64,000 nt of DNA from Rhodobiaceae bacterium. GTDB taxonomy: Bacteria > Pseudomonadota > Alphaproteobacteria > Rhizobiales > JAKPQE01. The position numbers and the translations under genes are program-made. The number at the start of each line of letters is the position of its first letter. The first letter of the stretch is position 1. Location of the stretch: positions 16,047-80,046 of the forward strand of contig JANQEG010000128.1 in the NCBI GenBank assembly GCA_028278505.1. Direction: 5' to 3'. Positions 45,858-53,771 of this stretch are shown here, in pieces. A model generated the notes under the pieces. It had not been told where the DNA came from. It made no database searches and worked only from the letters and a program-made list of their open reading frames with translations.

Positions 45858-46965
45858 GTCCTATATCCATGAACGAGACGATTGGCCTGCCTTCCGCTGG
45901 GATGAAAGCGCGATTGCCGCAAAGCTGGCTGCCGCGCGGCATCGCCAGGGCCGGTTGCTCGGGCGCATGGAAGGGCTCGGCTTTGATCTGCGCAATGAAG
46001 CGATGCTGCGCACCCTGACGCAGGATGTCGTCAAGTCCAGTGAAATCGAAGGCGAAATCCTCGATATCGATCAGGTGCGCTCATCGATCGCGCGGCGTCT
46101 CGGCATCGACATCGGCGCGCTGACGCCGGCGGACCGCGATGTCGAAGGCGTTGTCGAGATGATGCTCGATGCGACGAGGGGCTTCGACAAACCTCTGACC
46201 GCAGACCGCCTGTTCGATTGGCATGCGGCCTTGTTCCCGACCGGACGCAGCGGGATGAGCCGTATCATTGTCGGTGCATGGCGTGATGATAGATCGGGGC
46301 CGATGCAGGTCGTCTCCGGTCCGATCGGCCGTGAAAATGTTCATTATCAGGCGCCGGACGCGGGTCGTCTCAACGCAGAGATGGCGGCGTTTCTGGAGTG
46401 GTTTGATCGGAAGGCCAAGATCGATCCGGTGCTGAAAGCGGCCATCGCGCATCTCTGGTTCGTCACCATCCATCCCTTCGCAGATGGCAATGGCCGGATA
46501 GCGCGCGCGATCGCCGATATGGCCCTGGCGCGCTCGGAGGGAAGCGCGCAGCGCTTCTACAGCATGTCTGCGCAGATTCGGCACGAGCGCAATGCCTACT
46601 ACGATCGGCTGGAAGCAACGCAAAAGGGCGATCTGGATATCACGCCCTGGCTGGACTGGTTTCTGAGTTGCCTCGGTCGTGCCTTCGAGGGTGCAGAAGC
46701 CATTCTTGCCAATGTGCTTTTCAAAGCCCGATTCTGGGAAAAGCATATTCAGGCGCCGTTCAACCCGCGTCAGCGCGATATGCTCAATCGCCTTCTGGAC
46801 GGCTTTGAAGGCAAGCTGACCTCTTCGAAATGGGCGAAGATCGAACAGTGCTCGCCCGATACGGCGCTGCGGGACATCACCGAACTGATCGATCAAGGCG
46901 TTCTGCAAAAGGACCCCGGCGGCGGCCGCAGCACCAGCTACTCGCTGGTCGAGAACATCGCCTGA
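45856..46965 (+). CDS. Fic-family protein (AMPylase-type motif, N-terminal inhibitory helix motif, C-terminal wHTH-like region)
   Basis: Active-site 'HPFADGNGRIARA' (HxFx(D/E)GNGRxxR). N-terminal 'SSEIEG' matches the (S/T)xxxE(G/N) auto-inhibition motif. The 'WPAFRWD' N-terminus resembles DUF4172-type Fic proteins. Confidence 0.9.
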   Translation: MSYIHERDDWPAFRWDESAIAAKLAAARHRQGRLLGRMEGLGFDLRNEAMLRTLTQDVVKSSEIEGEILDIDQVRSSIARRLGIDIGALTPADRDVEGVVEMMLDATRGFDKPLTADRLFDWHAALFPTGRSGMSRIIVGAWRDDRSGPMQVVSGPIGRENVHYQAPDAGRLNAEMAAFLEWFDRKAKIDPVLKAAIAHLWFVTIHPFADGNGRIARAIADMALARSEGSAQRFYSMSAQIRHERNAYYDRLEATQKGDLDITPWLDWFLSCLGRAFEGAEAILANVLFKARFWEKHIQAPFNPRQRDMLNRLLDGFEGKLTSSKWAKIEQCSPDTALRDITELIDQGVLQKDPGGGRSTSYSLVENIA

Positions 46966-47114
46966 TATGCGGTCCTTTCGGTCGTGACGTGGGGATGTTT
47001 CAAAGCGCCGCGTGCCTCAGTGCCGAAATCAATCGAGGCAATGCGCGTGAGGGCAAAGACAAGCGGCGCACGACTTGTCGCCCTGCGCCGCCGGTCGGTC
47101 TTTAGAATTTGCTC

Positions 47115-47138
47115 GCCCGGAGGGTGCTCCCTCCGGGC
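47115..47138. terminator. Perfect GC hairpin downstream of amtB (putative terminator)
   Basis: 'gcccggaggg-tgct-ccctccgggc', 45 nt after the amtB stop. There is no clear U-tract. Confidence 0.35.
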
Positions 47139-47182
47139 GCCGCGGTTCGGGGCGGACGGGACAGCCGTTCCCGAAACCACGG

Positions 47183-48529
47183 TTATTGCACGACCTCGCC
47201 ATGCAGATTGATGTCGAGGCCCTCGATCTCCACGTCCTTGGTGACCCGGAGCCCGATCGTCCAGTCGATCAGCTTGAGGATCACCAGCGAGGCGACGGCG
47301 GTCCACACGATGGTGGCGACGATGCCGTAGACCTGGGTGAAGACCTGGCCGGCATTGCCTTCCAAGAGGCCCGGCGCGCCGCCGATCGCCTCGACCGCGA
47401 AGACGCCGGTGAGGATGGCGCCGACAATGCCGCCGATGGCGTGGACGCCGAAGGCATCGAGCGAGTCGTCATAGCCGAGCATCGGCTTCATCCAGACGAC
47501 GGCAATCAGGCAGACGATGCCGGCGGCAATACCGATGATCAGCGCCCCCATCGGGTCGACGAAGCCGGAGGCCGGGGTGATGGCGACGAGGCCGGAGACG
47601 GCGCCGGAGACGATGCCGAGCACGCTCGGCTTGCCGCGGGCGACCCATTCGCCGAACATCCAGGCCAGCGCCGCCGCGGCGGTGGCGATCTGGGTGACGG
47701 CCATGGCCATGCCGGCAGCACCATTGGCGGCCACCGCCGAACCGGCGTTGAAGCCGAACCAGCCGACCCACAGCATCGAGGCGCCGATGACGGAGAGCAC
47801 CAGATTGTGCGGCGCCATGTTCTCGGAGCCGAAGCCGTTGCGGCGGCCGAGCACCAGCGCGGCGACGAGACCGGCGACGCCGGCATTGATGTGGACGACC
47901 GTGCCGCCGGCGAAATCGAGCACGCCGGCCTCGGACAGGAAGCCGCCGCCCCACACCCAGTGGGTCACCGGCGCATAAACGATGATGCTCCACAGGCCCA
48001 GATACCAGAGCATCGCCGAAAACTTCATGCGGTCGGCAAACGCGCCGGCGATCAGCGCCGGGGTGATGATCGCAAACGTCATCTGAAAGGTCATGAACAC
48101 GGATTCGGGGATGGTGCCGCTCATCGCGTCGGCGCCCATGCCGGCGAGGAACATCTTGGAGAAGCCGCCGACATAGGCGTTGAAACCGCCGCCGTCGGTG
48201 AAGGCGAGCGAATAGCCGACGACCATCCAGATAATCGTCATCAGACAGGCGACGGTGAAGCTTTGCATCACGGTGGCGAGCACGTTCTTCTTGCGCACCA
48301 TGCCGCCGTAGAACAGCGCCAGGCCCGGTATCGTCATCATCAGGACCAGCGCGGTGGAGGTCAGCATCCAGGCGGTATCACCGGTGTCGAGCGTCGGCCC
48401 GGCCTCTTCCGCTGCGGGCGCGGCTTCCGCCGCGGGTGCGGCGGTGTCCTGGGCAAGGGCCGGGTCAATCAGTGCGACGATGGCCGGTATCGCCAGGCCC
48501 AGCGCCGCAAATCGTTTCAGTTCAAACAT
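47183..48529 (-). CDS. amtB: Ammonium transporter
   Basis: Signal peptide, then 'DTAWMLTSTALVLMMTIPGLALFYGG', 'VVHINAGVAGL' and 'DDSLDAFGVHAIGGIVG', the Amt signatures. ATG at 48529 with a GGAG SD. Confidence 0.9.
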   Translation of the reverse strand: MFELKRFAALGLAIPAIVALIDPALAQDTAAPAAEAAPAAEEAGPTLDTGDTAWMLTSTALVLMMTIPGLALFYGGMVRKKNVLATVMQSFTVACLMTIIWMVVGYSLAFTDGGGFNAYVGGFSKMFLAGMGADAMSGTIPESVFMTFQMTFAIITPALIAGAFADRMKFSAMLWYLGLWSIIVYAPVTHWVWGGGFLSEAGVLDFAGGTVVHINAGVAGLVAALVLGRRNGFGSENMAPHNLVLSVIGASMLWVGWFGFNAGSAVAANGAAGMAMAVTQIATAAAALAWMFGEWVARGKPSVLGIVSGAVSGLVAITPASGFVDPMGALIIGIAAGIVCLIAVVWMKPMLGYDDSLDAFGVHAIGGIVGAILTGVFAVEAIGGAPGLLEGNAGQVFTQVYGIVATIVWTAVASLVILKLIDWTIGLRVTKDVEIEGLDINLHGEVVQ

Positions 48530-48626
48530 CAAATCCACTCCTGAATTCAGCGGAGGTTCGGGCCGGTGGCGTTCCGACGGTTTCCTCCGGTCATGGGATC
48601 TCCCGGATCGGGGGTTTGCGTCGCGT

Positions 48627-48965
48627 CTAGAGCGCCTGGGCGTCGGCCTCGCCGGTGCGGATGCGCACCGCGCGCTCGATGTCGAAGACGAAGACCTTGC
48701 CGTCGCCGATCTGGCCGGTCTTGGCCGCCCCGACGATCGCCTCGACGGCGGCGTCGGCGCGGTCGGCGGGAACCGCCGCTTCGATCTTGATTTTCGGCAG
48801 AAAGCTCACCGCGTATTCGGCGCCGCGGTAAATCTCGGTGTGGCCCTTTTGACGCCCGTAACCCTTGACCTCGGTCACGGTTATGCCCTCGACGCCGACA
48901 CTGGTGAGGGCGTCGCGCACCTCGTCCAGCTTGAACGGTTTAATGATCGCCATCACGATTTTCAT
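48627..48965 (-). CDS. glnK: Nitrogen regulatory protein P-II
   Basis: 'MKIVMAIIKPFKLDEVRDALTSVGVEGITVTEVKGYGRQKGHTEIYRGAEY' includes the T-loop Tyr. 112 aa, immediately upstream of amtB. Confidence 0.95.
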   Translation of the reverse strand: MKIVMAIIKPFKLDEVRDALTSVGVEGITVTEVKGYGRQKGHTEIYRGAEYAVSFLPKIKIEAAVPADRADAAVEAIVGAAKTGQIGDGKVFVFDIERAVRIRTGEADAQAL

Positions 48966-49089
48966 TGTGTCCTTCCTCTTGCGGGGAGCGGCGATCCGCC
49001 GGCTTCGAAGTCCTGCCGGCGGATCACGCTCGTTTAAGCGCATGCTTCGACGGCCGATGGCGCCGGCCGAAGAGACTGCGACGGTTAAT

Positions 49090-49104
49090 TCAAGCCTTGT
49101 GCCA
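49090..49104 (-). promoter_or_regulatory. Candidate sigma-54 (-24/-12) promoter for glnK-amtB
   Basis: The minus strand reads 'TGGCACaaggcTTGAa', about 125 nt upstream of the glnK ATG. The -24 GG is intact, but the -12 element is GA rather than the consensus GC. Confidence 0.35.
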
Positions 49105-49260
49105 GTTTTGGTGCGGCGCGATAAAAGTCTGCTGTAATTGAGGAATTCGGAACCGCGAGAGGAAATTCCGACGGGAAATGACGACGCGGAAGCTCAAAAA
49201 ATAGGCAATATCGGATTGTTGTCTAATATTTGATCAAAGGCGGCGCGCCACCCGCGCCGG

Positions 49261-50124
49261 TCAGTCGCCGTCGACCCGGCGGATCAGCCCTTCCTGGGTG
49301 ACGGAGGCGACCAGAATGCCGTCGCGGGTGTAGACCGAGCCGCGGTTGAAGCCGCGGGCGGCCGCGGTGCTCGGGCTGTCCTGGGCATAGAGCAGCCAGT
49401 CGTCGGCGCGGAACGGCCGGTGGAACCAGATCGCGTGGTCGAGGCTCGCCAGCCGCAGATCCTTGTCGAAGATGCTGCGGCCGTGGGCGAGCAGGGAGGT
49501 GTCGAGCAGCGTCATGTCGGAGGCGTAGCCGAGCACGCATTGGTGGATGCGGACATCGTCGGGCAACGGCCCGGTGGCGCGGAACCAGATGTTCTGCAGC
49601 GGCGGCCGCTCCGAGCGCACCAAATGGCGGGAGAGGTCGACGAAGCGGAGCTCGATCGGCCGCTCGCGCTCCCAATAGCGGCGCACATTCTCCGGCACCT
49701 TGTCGATGAACTTCGCCTTCAGTTCGGCCTCGCTCGGCAGCTTCTCCGGCGGCGGCACGTCGGGCATGTCGATCTGGTGGTCAAGGCCGTCCTCGGCGAT
49801 CTGGAACGACGCCGCCATGGAGAAGATCGCCCGCCCGTGCTGGAGCGCGACGACGCGGCGGGTGGTGAAGCTGCGGCCGTCGCGGATGCGGTCGACGTCG
49901 TAGACGATCGGCGCTGCCGGATCGCCGGGGCGCAGGAAATAGCCGTGCATGGAATGCAGGCCGCGGTCCTTGACGGTGCGCGCGGCCGCCATAAGTGCCT
50001 GACCGATAACGAGGCCGCCATAGACGCGCTGCCAGCCGACTTGCGGGCTGATGCCGCGAAAGAGGTTGTGTTCGAGCACCTCCAGATCGAGTATCTTCAA
50101 AAGAGTGTCGATGGCGGACGGCAT
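49261..50124 (-). CDS. tesB: Acyl-CoA thioesterase II
   Basis: 'LDLEVLEHNLFRG', 'VYGGLVIGQAL' and 'HSMHGYFLRPGD' are typical TesB double hot-dog motifs. Confidence 0.85.
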   Translation of the reverse strand: MPSAIDTLLKILDLEVLEHNLFRGISPQVGWQRVYGGLVIGQALMAAARTVKDRGLHSMHGYFLRPGDPAAPIVYDVDRIRDGRSFTTRRVVALQHGRAIFSMAASFQIAEDGLDHQIDMPDVPPPEKLPSEAELKAKFIDKVPENVRRYWERERPIELRFVDLSRHLVRSERPPLQNIWFRATGPLPDDVRIHQCVLGYASDMTLLDTSLLAHGRSIFDKDLRLASLDHAIWFHRPFRADDWLLYAQDSPSTAAARGFNRGSVYTRDGILVASVTQEGLIRRVDGD

Positions 50125-50240
50125 GGTATCGACTTTCGCAAACGGTCCGGCGGCGCGGGCGCCGGTCGGCATGACGGGCCGTTTGCAGCAGTCGGCCGAA
50201 GTGAAGTCAAGCCGTGACGCCACGTCACCCGGGAGAAAAA

Positions 50241-51482
50241 ATGTCGGACATTGATAATCGGGACGCCGAGCCGCGCGATGTCGTCATTGCCGGCGGCGGC
50301 TATGTCGGCCTGTCGCTGGCGCTTGCACTGAAGACGGCCGACCCGGCGATCAGCATCACCGTCGTCGATATCCGGCCGGCCGAAGTGGTCGACCGCGATC
50401 TGCGCGCCTCGGCGATCGCGGCGTCCGCCTGCCGCATGCTGACGGCGCTCGGCGTGTGGCCGGAAATCGCGGCCGAAGCGCAGCCGATCACCGACATGGT
50501 GATCACCGATTCCCGCACCAGCGACGTGGTCCGGCCGGTGTTCCTGACCTTTGCCGGCGAGGTCGAGGAGGGCGAGCCGTTCGCCCATATGGTGCCGAAC
50601 GGCAGCATGGTGGCGGCGCTGAGGAACCAGGCGCTTGCCGTCGGCGTCGAACTGGTGGCGCCGGACGCCGTCACCGGCTTTGAGAGCGGGCCCCATGCGA
50701 TCCGCTGCAGCTTGCGGTCGGGCATCGCCTATTCCGCCGCGCTGCTCGTTGCCGCCGACGGCGTGCGCTCGCGGCTGCGCGATCTCGCCGGCATCCGCAC
50801 CATCGGCTGGGCCTACGGGCAGGCGGGCATCGTCACGACGGTCGCCCATGAGCGGCCGCATAACGGCCGCGCCGAAGAGCATTTCCTGCCGTCCGGACCG
50901 TTCGCCATCCTGCCGCTCACCGGCAACCGCTCGTCGCTGGTGTGGACCGAGAGCGAGCGCGTCGCCCGGCGGCTGGTCGACGGCGACGACTTCACCTTCC
51001 AGCTCGAACTGGAGCGCCGCTTCGGCCGCCATCTCGGGGCGCTCGAGGTGATCGGCGGCCGCCACGCCTTTCCGCTGCAATTGCGGCTGGCGCGCCGCTT
51101 CGTCAAGCCGCGCTTCGCGCTCGCCGGCGACGCCGCCCACGGCATCCATCCGATCGCCGGCCAGGGCCTCAATATGGGCTATCGCGACGTCGCAGCACTG
51201 GCCGAGACGCTGATTGCGGCGCGACGCATCGGCGTCGATATCGGCTCGCTCGAAGTGCTGGAGCGCTATCAGCGCTGGCGCCGTTTCGACACCGTGCAGA
51301 TGGGCCTCGTCACCGATGTCATCAATCGGCTGTTCTCCAATGACAGCGATGCTTTGCGGATATTCCGCGATGTCGGCCTCGGCATCGTCGACCGGCTGCC
51401 GCCGCTGAAGGATATGTTCGTGCGCGAGGCGGCGGGCGTGAACGGCGACCTGCCGCGGCTGATGCGCGGCGAGCCGATCTGA
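50241..51482 (+). CDS. UbiH/UbiF/VisC/COQ6-family FAD-dependent hydroxylase
   Basis: 'DVVIAGGGYVGLSLALAL' (GxGxxG). 'LVAADGVRSRLR'. 'ALAGDAAHGIHPIAGQGLNMGYRD'. Confidence 0.85.
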   Translation: MSDIDNRDAEPRDVVIAGGGYVGLSLALALKTADPAISITVVDIRPAEVVDRDLRASAIAASACRMLTALGVWPEIAAEAQPITDMVITDSRTSDVVRPVFLTFAGEVEEGEPFAHMVPNGSMVAALRNQALAVGVELVAPDAVTGFESGPHAIRCSLRSGIAYSAALLVAADGVRSRLRDLAGIRTIGWAYGQAGIVTTVAHERPHNGRAEEHFLPSGPFAILPLTGNRSSLVWTESERVARRLVDGDDFTFQLELERRFGRHLGALEVIGGRHAFPLQLRLARRFVKPRFALAGDAAHGIHPIAGQGLNMGYRDVAALAETLIAARRIGVDIGSLEVLERYQRWRRFDTVQMGLVTDVINRLFSNDSDALRIFRDVGLGIVDRLPPLKDMFVREAAGVNGDLPRLMRGEPI

Positions 51483-51510
51483 GCGGGTTTGCGCCCGCCC
51501 TATTCGGCGC

Positions 51511-53580
51511 TCAGCGCAGCGCCGCCTCGATATTGCCGCCGTCGACGGTGGTGATGTGGGCCGTGGTCCGCTCCGAGCGGGCGAGCGCCACGAAGGCGTC
51601 GGCCACGTGCCGCGCCTCGACCTCGGCCTTCAAGAGATTGCCGGCCATGTAGTCGGCCTCCGACACGCCTCTCGCCTTGGCGCGGCCGCTGATGAAATCG
51701 TCGGTCAGGAGGCCGGAACGGATGCGGTCGGCATTGACGCCGTTGACGCGGATGCCGTCGCCGCCGAGTTCGAGCGCCAGCTGGCGGACGAGGAAGAAGG
51801 TCGCCGCCTTGGGCAGGCCGTAGGCGCCGAAACCCTTGCCCGGATTGACCGCCTGCTTGGAGACGTTGAAGAGCATCTGGCCGCCATGGTTCTGGGCCTT
51901 CAAAACGGCGCCGACCGCCCGCGCCATCGCCAGATGGGAAAAGAAGTTGAGTTCGAAGCTCTGGCGCAGTTCGGCCTCGTCGAGATCGAGCAGATTGCCC
52001 TGGAGCGCCGAACCGGCATTGGAGACGAGCACGTCGACGCCGCCGAACCGGCGGATGATGCGCCGGACCACGTCGGCCGCGGCGCCAGGCTTGGTGAGGT
52101 CGGCGCCGATCGCGAGGCAATGCCGCCCGACGCTCGCGGCCGCCTCGGCGCAGGCCGTCTCGTTCAGATCGACAAGGGCGATGGCGGCGCCCTCGGCGGC
52201 GAACGCCCGCGCGGTGGCAAGACCGATCGTTCCGGCGCCGCCGGTGACGACGACGATCCGGCCGGCCATCGGTTTCGCCGAGGATTTCTTGAGTTTGGCC
52301 TGTTCCAGCGACCAGTATTCGATGTCGAAGAGATCGTCGGCTTCGATCGGGCGGAAGCCGCCGCTCGCCTCGCCGAGCGTCATGACTTCCACCGTCTGCT
52401 CGGCGAGGTCGGCAATCGCCGACGCCGCGGCCGCATCCTTGCCGGCGCCGACAATGCCGAGCCCCGGCACCCAGATGACGCAAGGGTGCGGTTCGAGCAT
52501 GATCTTGCCGCCGCCGATGCGGCCGTTCTGGTTTTCGAATTCCGAACGGTAGCGCGCCGTGTAGTCTTCGACCTTGCGCGCGATCGCGTCAGCGCCGGCG
52601 GCGACATCATCATTGGTCAGGATCAGCATCCGGCCCTTGGTGCGGATGACGTGATCGGGGGAGGCGACGCCGCGGCCCGACAGTTCGTCGAGATCGTCGC
52701 GTTTCAGAAAGGCGTCGATGGTCTCGCCGGCACGGGTGTCGAGTACGACGGGCAGGGGATCGCCGCCGCCATGATCGCCGCGGATTTTTGCGATGGCGCC
52801 GCGCAGCGCCGGAAGCACGGTTTCGGCAACGTCCTCCCGGCCGCTGCGCATGGCGTGGACCGTTGAGGAAAACCGCCTTCCAGCCGCGTTTCCGGCCAGA
52901 TAGTCCTCGACCAGATTGGTATGGTCGATCATCCGCTCATAGCTTTCCCTTGCGCTCGCGCCGAAGGTGAAATGGCCATGCTTGAGCAGCACCAGGCCTT
53001 CGACGGAAGGATCGGCCTCGAACACTTCCGCCGCCTTCTTCGCCAGCGCAAAGCCCGGCATGATGTAGGGCACGACGCCGACGCGGCCGCCGAAAATCTC
53101 GCGGATCACCGACACCGCATCGGGCAGATTGCCGAGCGCCAGGAATGCGGTCGCATGGGTGTGGTCGACGAAGACATGGGGCAGATAGGCGTGCAGCAGC
53201 GCCTCGACGGAGGGGTTGGGCGCGGTCGAATCGATGAGGCTTGAGCGCTGCATGTTGACCATGTCCTCGTCGGACAGGGCATCGAGGGCACGCAGCCGCA
53301 GCAGCGGGTCGATGCGCACGCCCGGCAGGCCGGGCGCTTCGAGCGTATCGAGATCCCAGCCGCTGCCCTTGACGTGCAGGACGTCAATCTCCTCACCGAG
53401 CAGGTCCCTGCGCTTGACCTTGACCGAGGTGTTGCCGCCGCCATGCATGACCAGATCGGGGTCGGCGCCGATCAGCCGCGAAGTGTAGACCCGAAGCGCG
53501 AGCGCCTGATCGGCGGGATCGCTGCCGGCCGCGGCGATCCACTTCTGCGCCTCGTCGTCGTTCCACTTGTTCTGTCGCAT
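51511..53580 (-). CDS. Bifunctional class II aldolase / short-chain dehydrogenase (rhamnulose-1-phosphate aldolase/SDR-like)
   Basis: 689 aa. The N-terminal aldolase part has 'GGGNTSVK' and 'HVFVDHTHA'. The C-terminal SDR has 'VVVTGGAGTIGLA' and 'YGLPKAA' (YxxxK). Confidence 0.85.
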   Translation of the reverse strand: MRQNKWNDDEAQKWIAAAGSDPADQALALRVYTSRLIGADPDLVMHGGGNTSVKVKRRDLLGEEIDVLHVKGSGWDLDTLEAPGLPGVRIDPLLRLRALDALSDEDMVNMQRSSLIDSTAPNPSVEALLHAYLPHVFVDHTHATAFLALGNLPDAVSVIREIFGGRVGVVPYIMPGFALAKKAAEVFEADPSVEGLVLLKHGHFTFGASARESYERMIDHTNLVEDYLAGNAAGRRFSSTVHAMRSGREDVAETVLPALRGAIAKIRGDHGGGDPLPVVLDTRAGETIDAFLKRDDLDELSGRGVASPDHVIRTKGRMLILTNDDVAAGADAIARKVEDYTARYRSEFENQNGRIGGGKIMLEPHPCVIWVPGLGIVGAGKDAAAASAIADLAEQTVEVMTLGEASGGFRPIEADDLFDIEYWSLEQAKLKKSSAKPMAGRIVVVTGGAGTIGLATARAFAAEGAAIALVDLNETACAEAAASVGRHCLAIGADLTKPGAAADVVRRIIRRFGGVDVLVSNAGSALQGNLLDLDEAELRQSFELNFFSHLAMARAVGAVLKAQNHGGQMLFNVSKQAVNPGKGFGAYGLPKAATFFLVRQLALELGGDGIRVNGVNADRIRSGLLTDDFISGRAKARGVSEADYMAGNLLKAEVEARHVADAFVALARSERTTAHITTVDGGNIEAALR

Positions 53581-53771
53581 GTCGGTCTCCGCTGGCGTGG
53601 CCGTGTCGGCTCAAGAAATGTTCGGTACGCCCAATCGATGCACACGGCAAGCTGATCGTCGCATCGGCGCTTTTCTGAGAATGCAAGTAAAGAGAATTTT
53701 CAAGTTTTTCGCGGACACTTGCTGCAGAACCGGATTGGCAGTCACCGCAATTTCCGAGACTCCTGCTCGGA

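Noticed and set aside
45520-45942. Small ORFs (92 aa + and 101 aa -) between the IS5 remnant and fic, considered as a possible Fic antitoxin.
   Set aside because: They have no SD and overlap the REP hairpin and each other. The Fic protein also carries its own N-terminal inhibitory motif (class II), so a separate antitoxin is not expected. This cannot be excluded without homology searches.
50214-50228. Short palindrome 'gtgacg-cca-cgtcac' just upstream of the UbiH-family gene.
   Set aside because: A 6-bp inverted repeat in GC-rich DNA is too short to distinguish from chance without conservation data.
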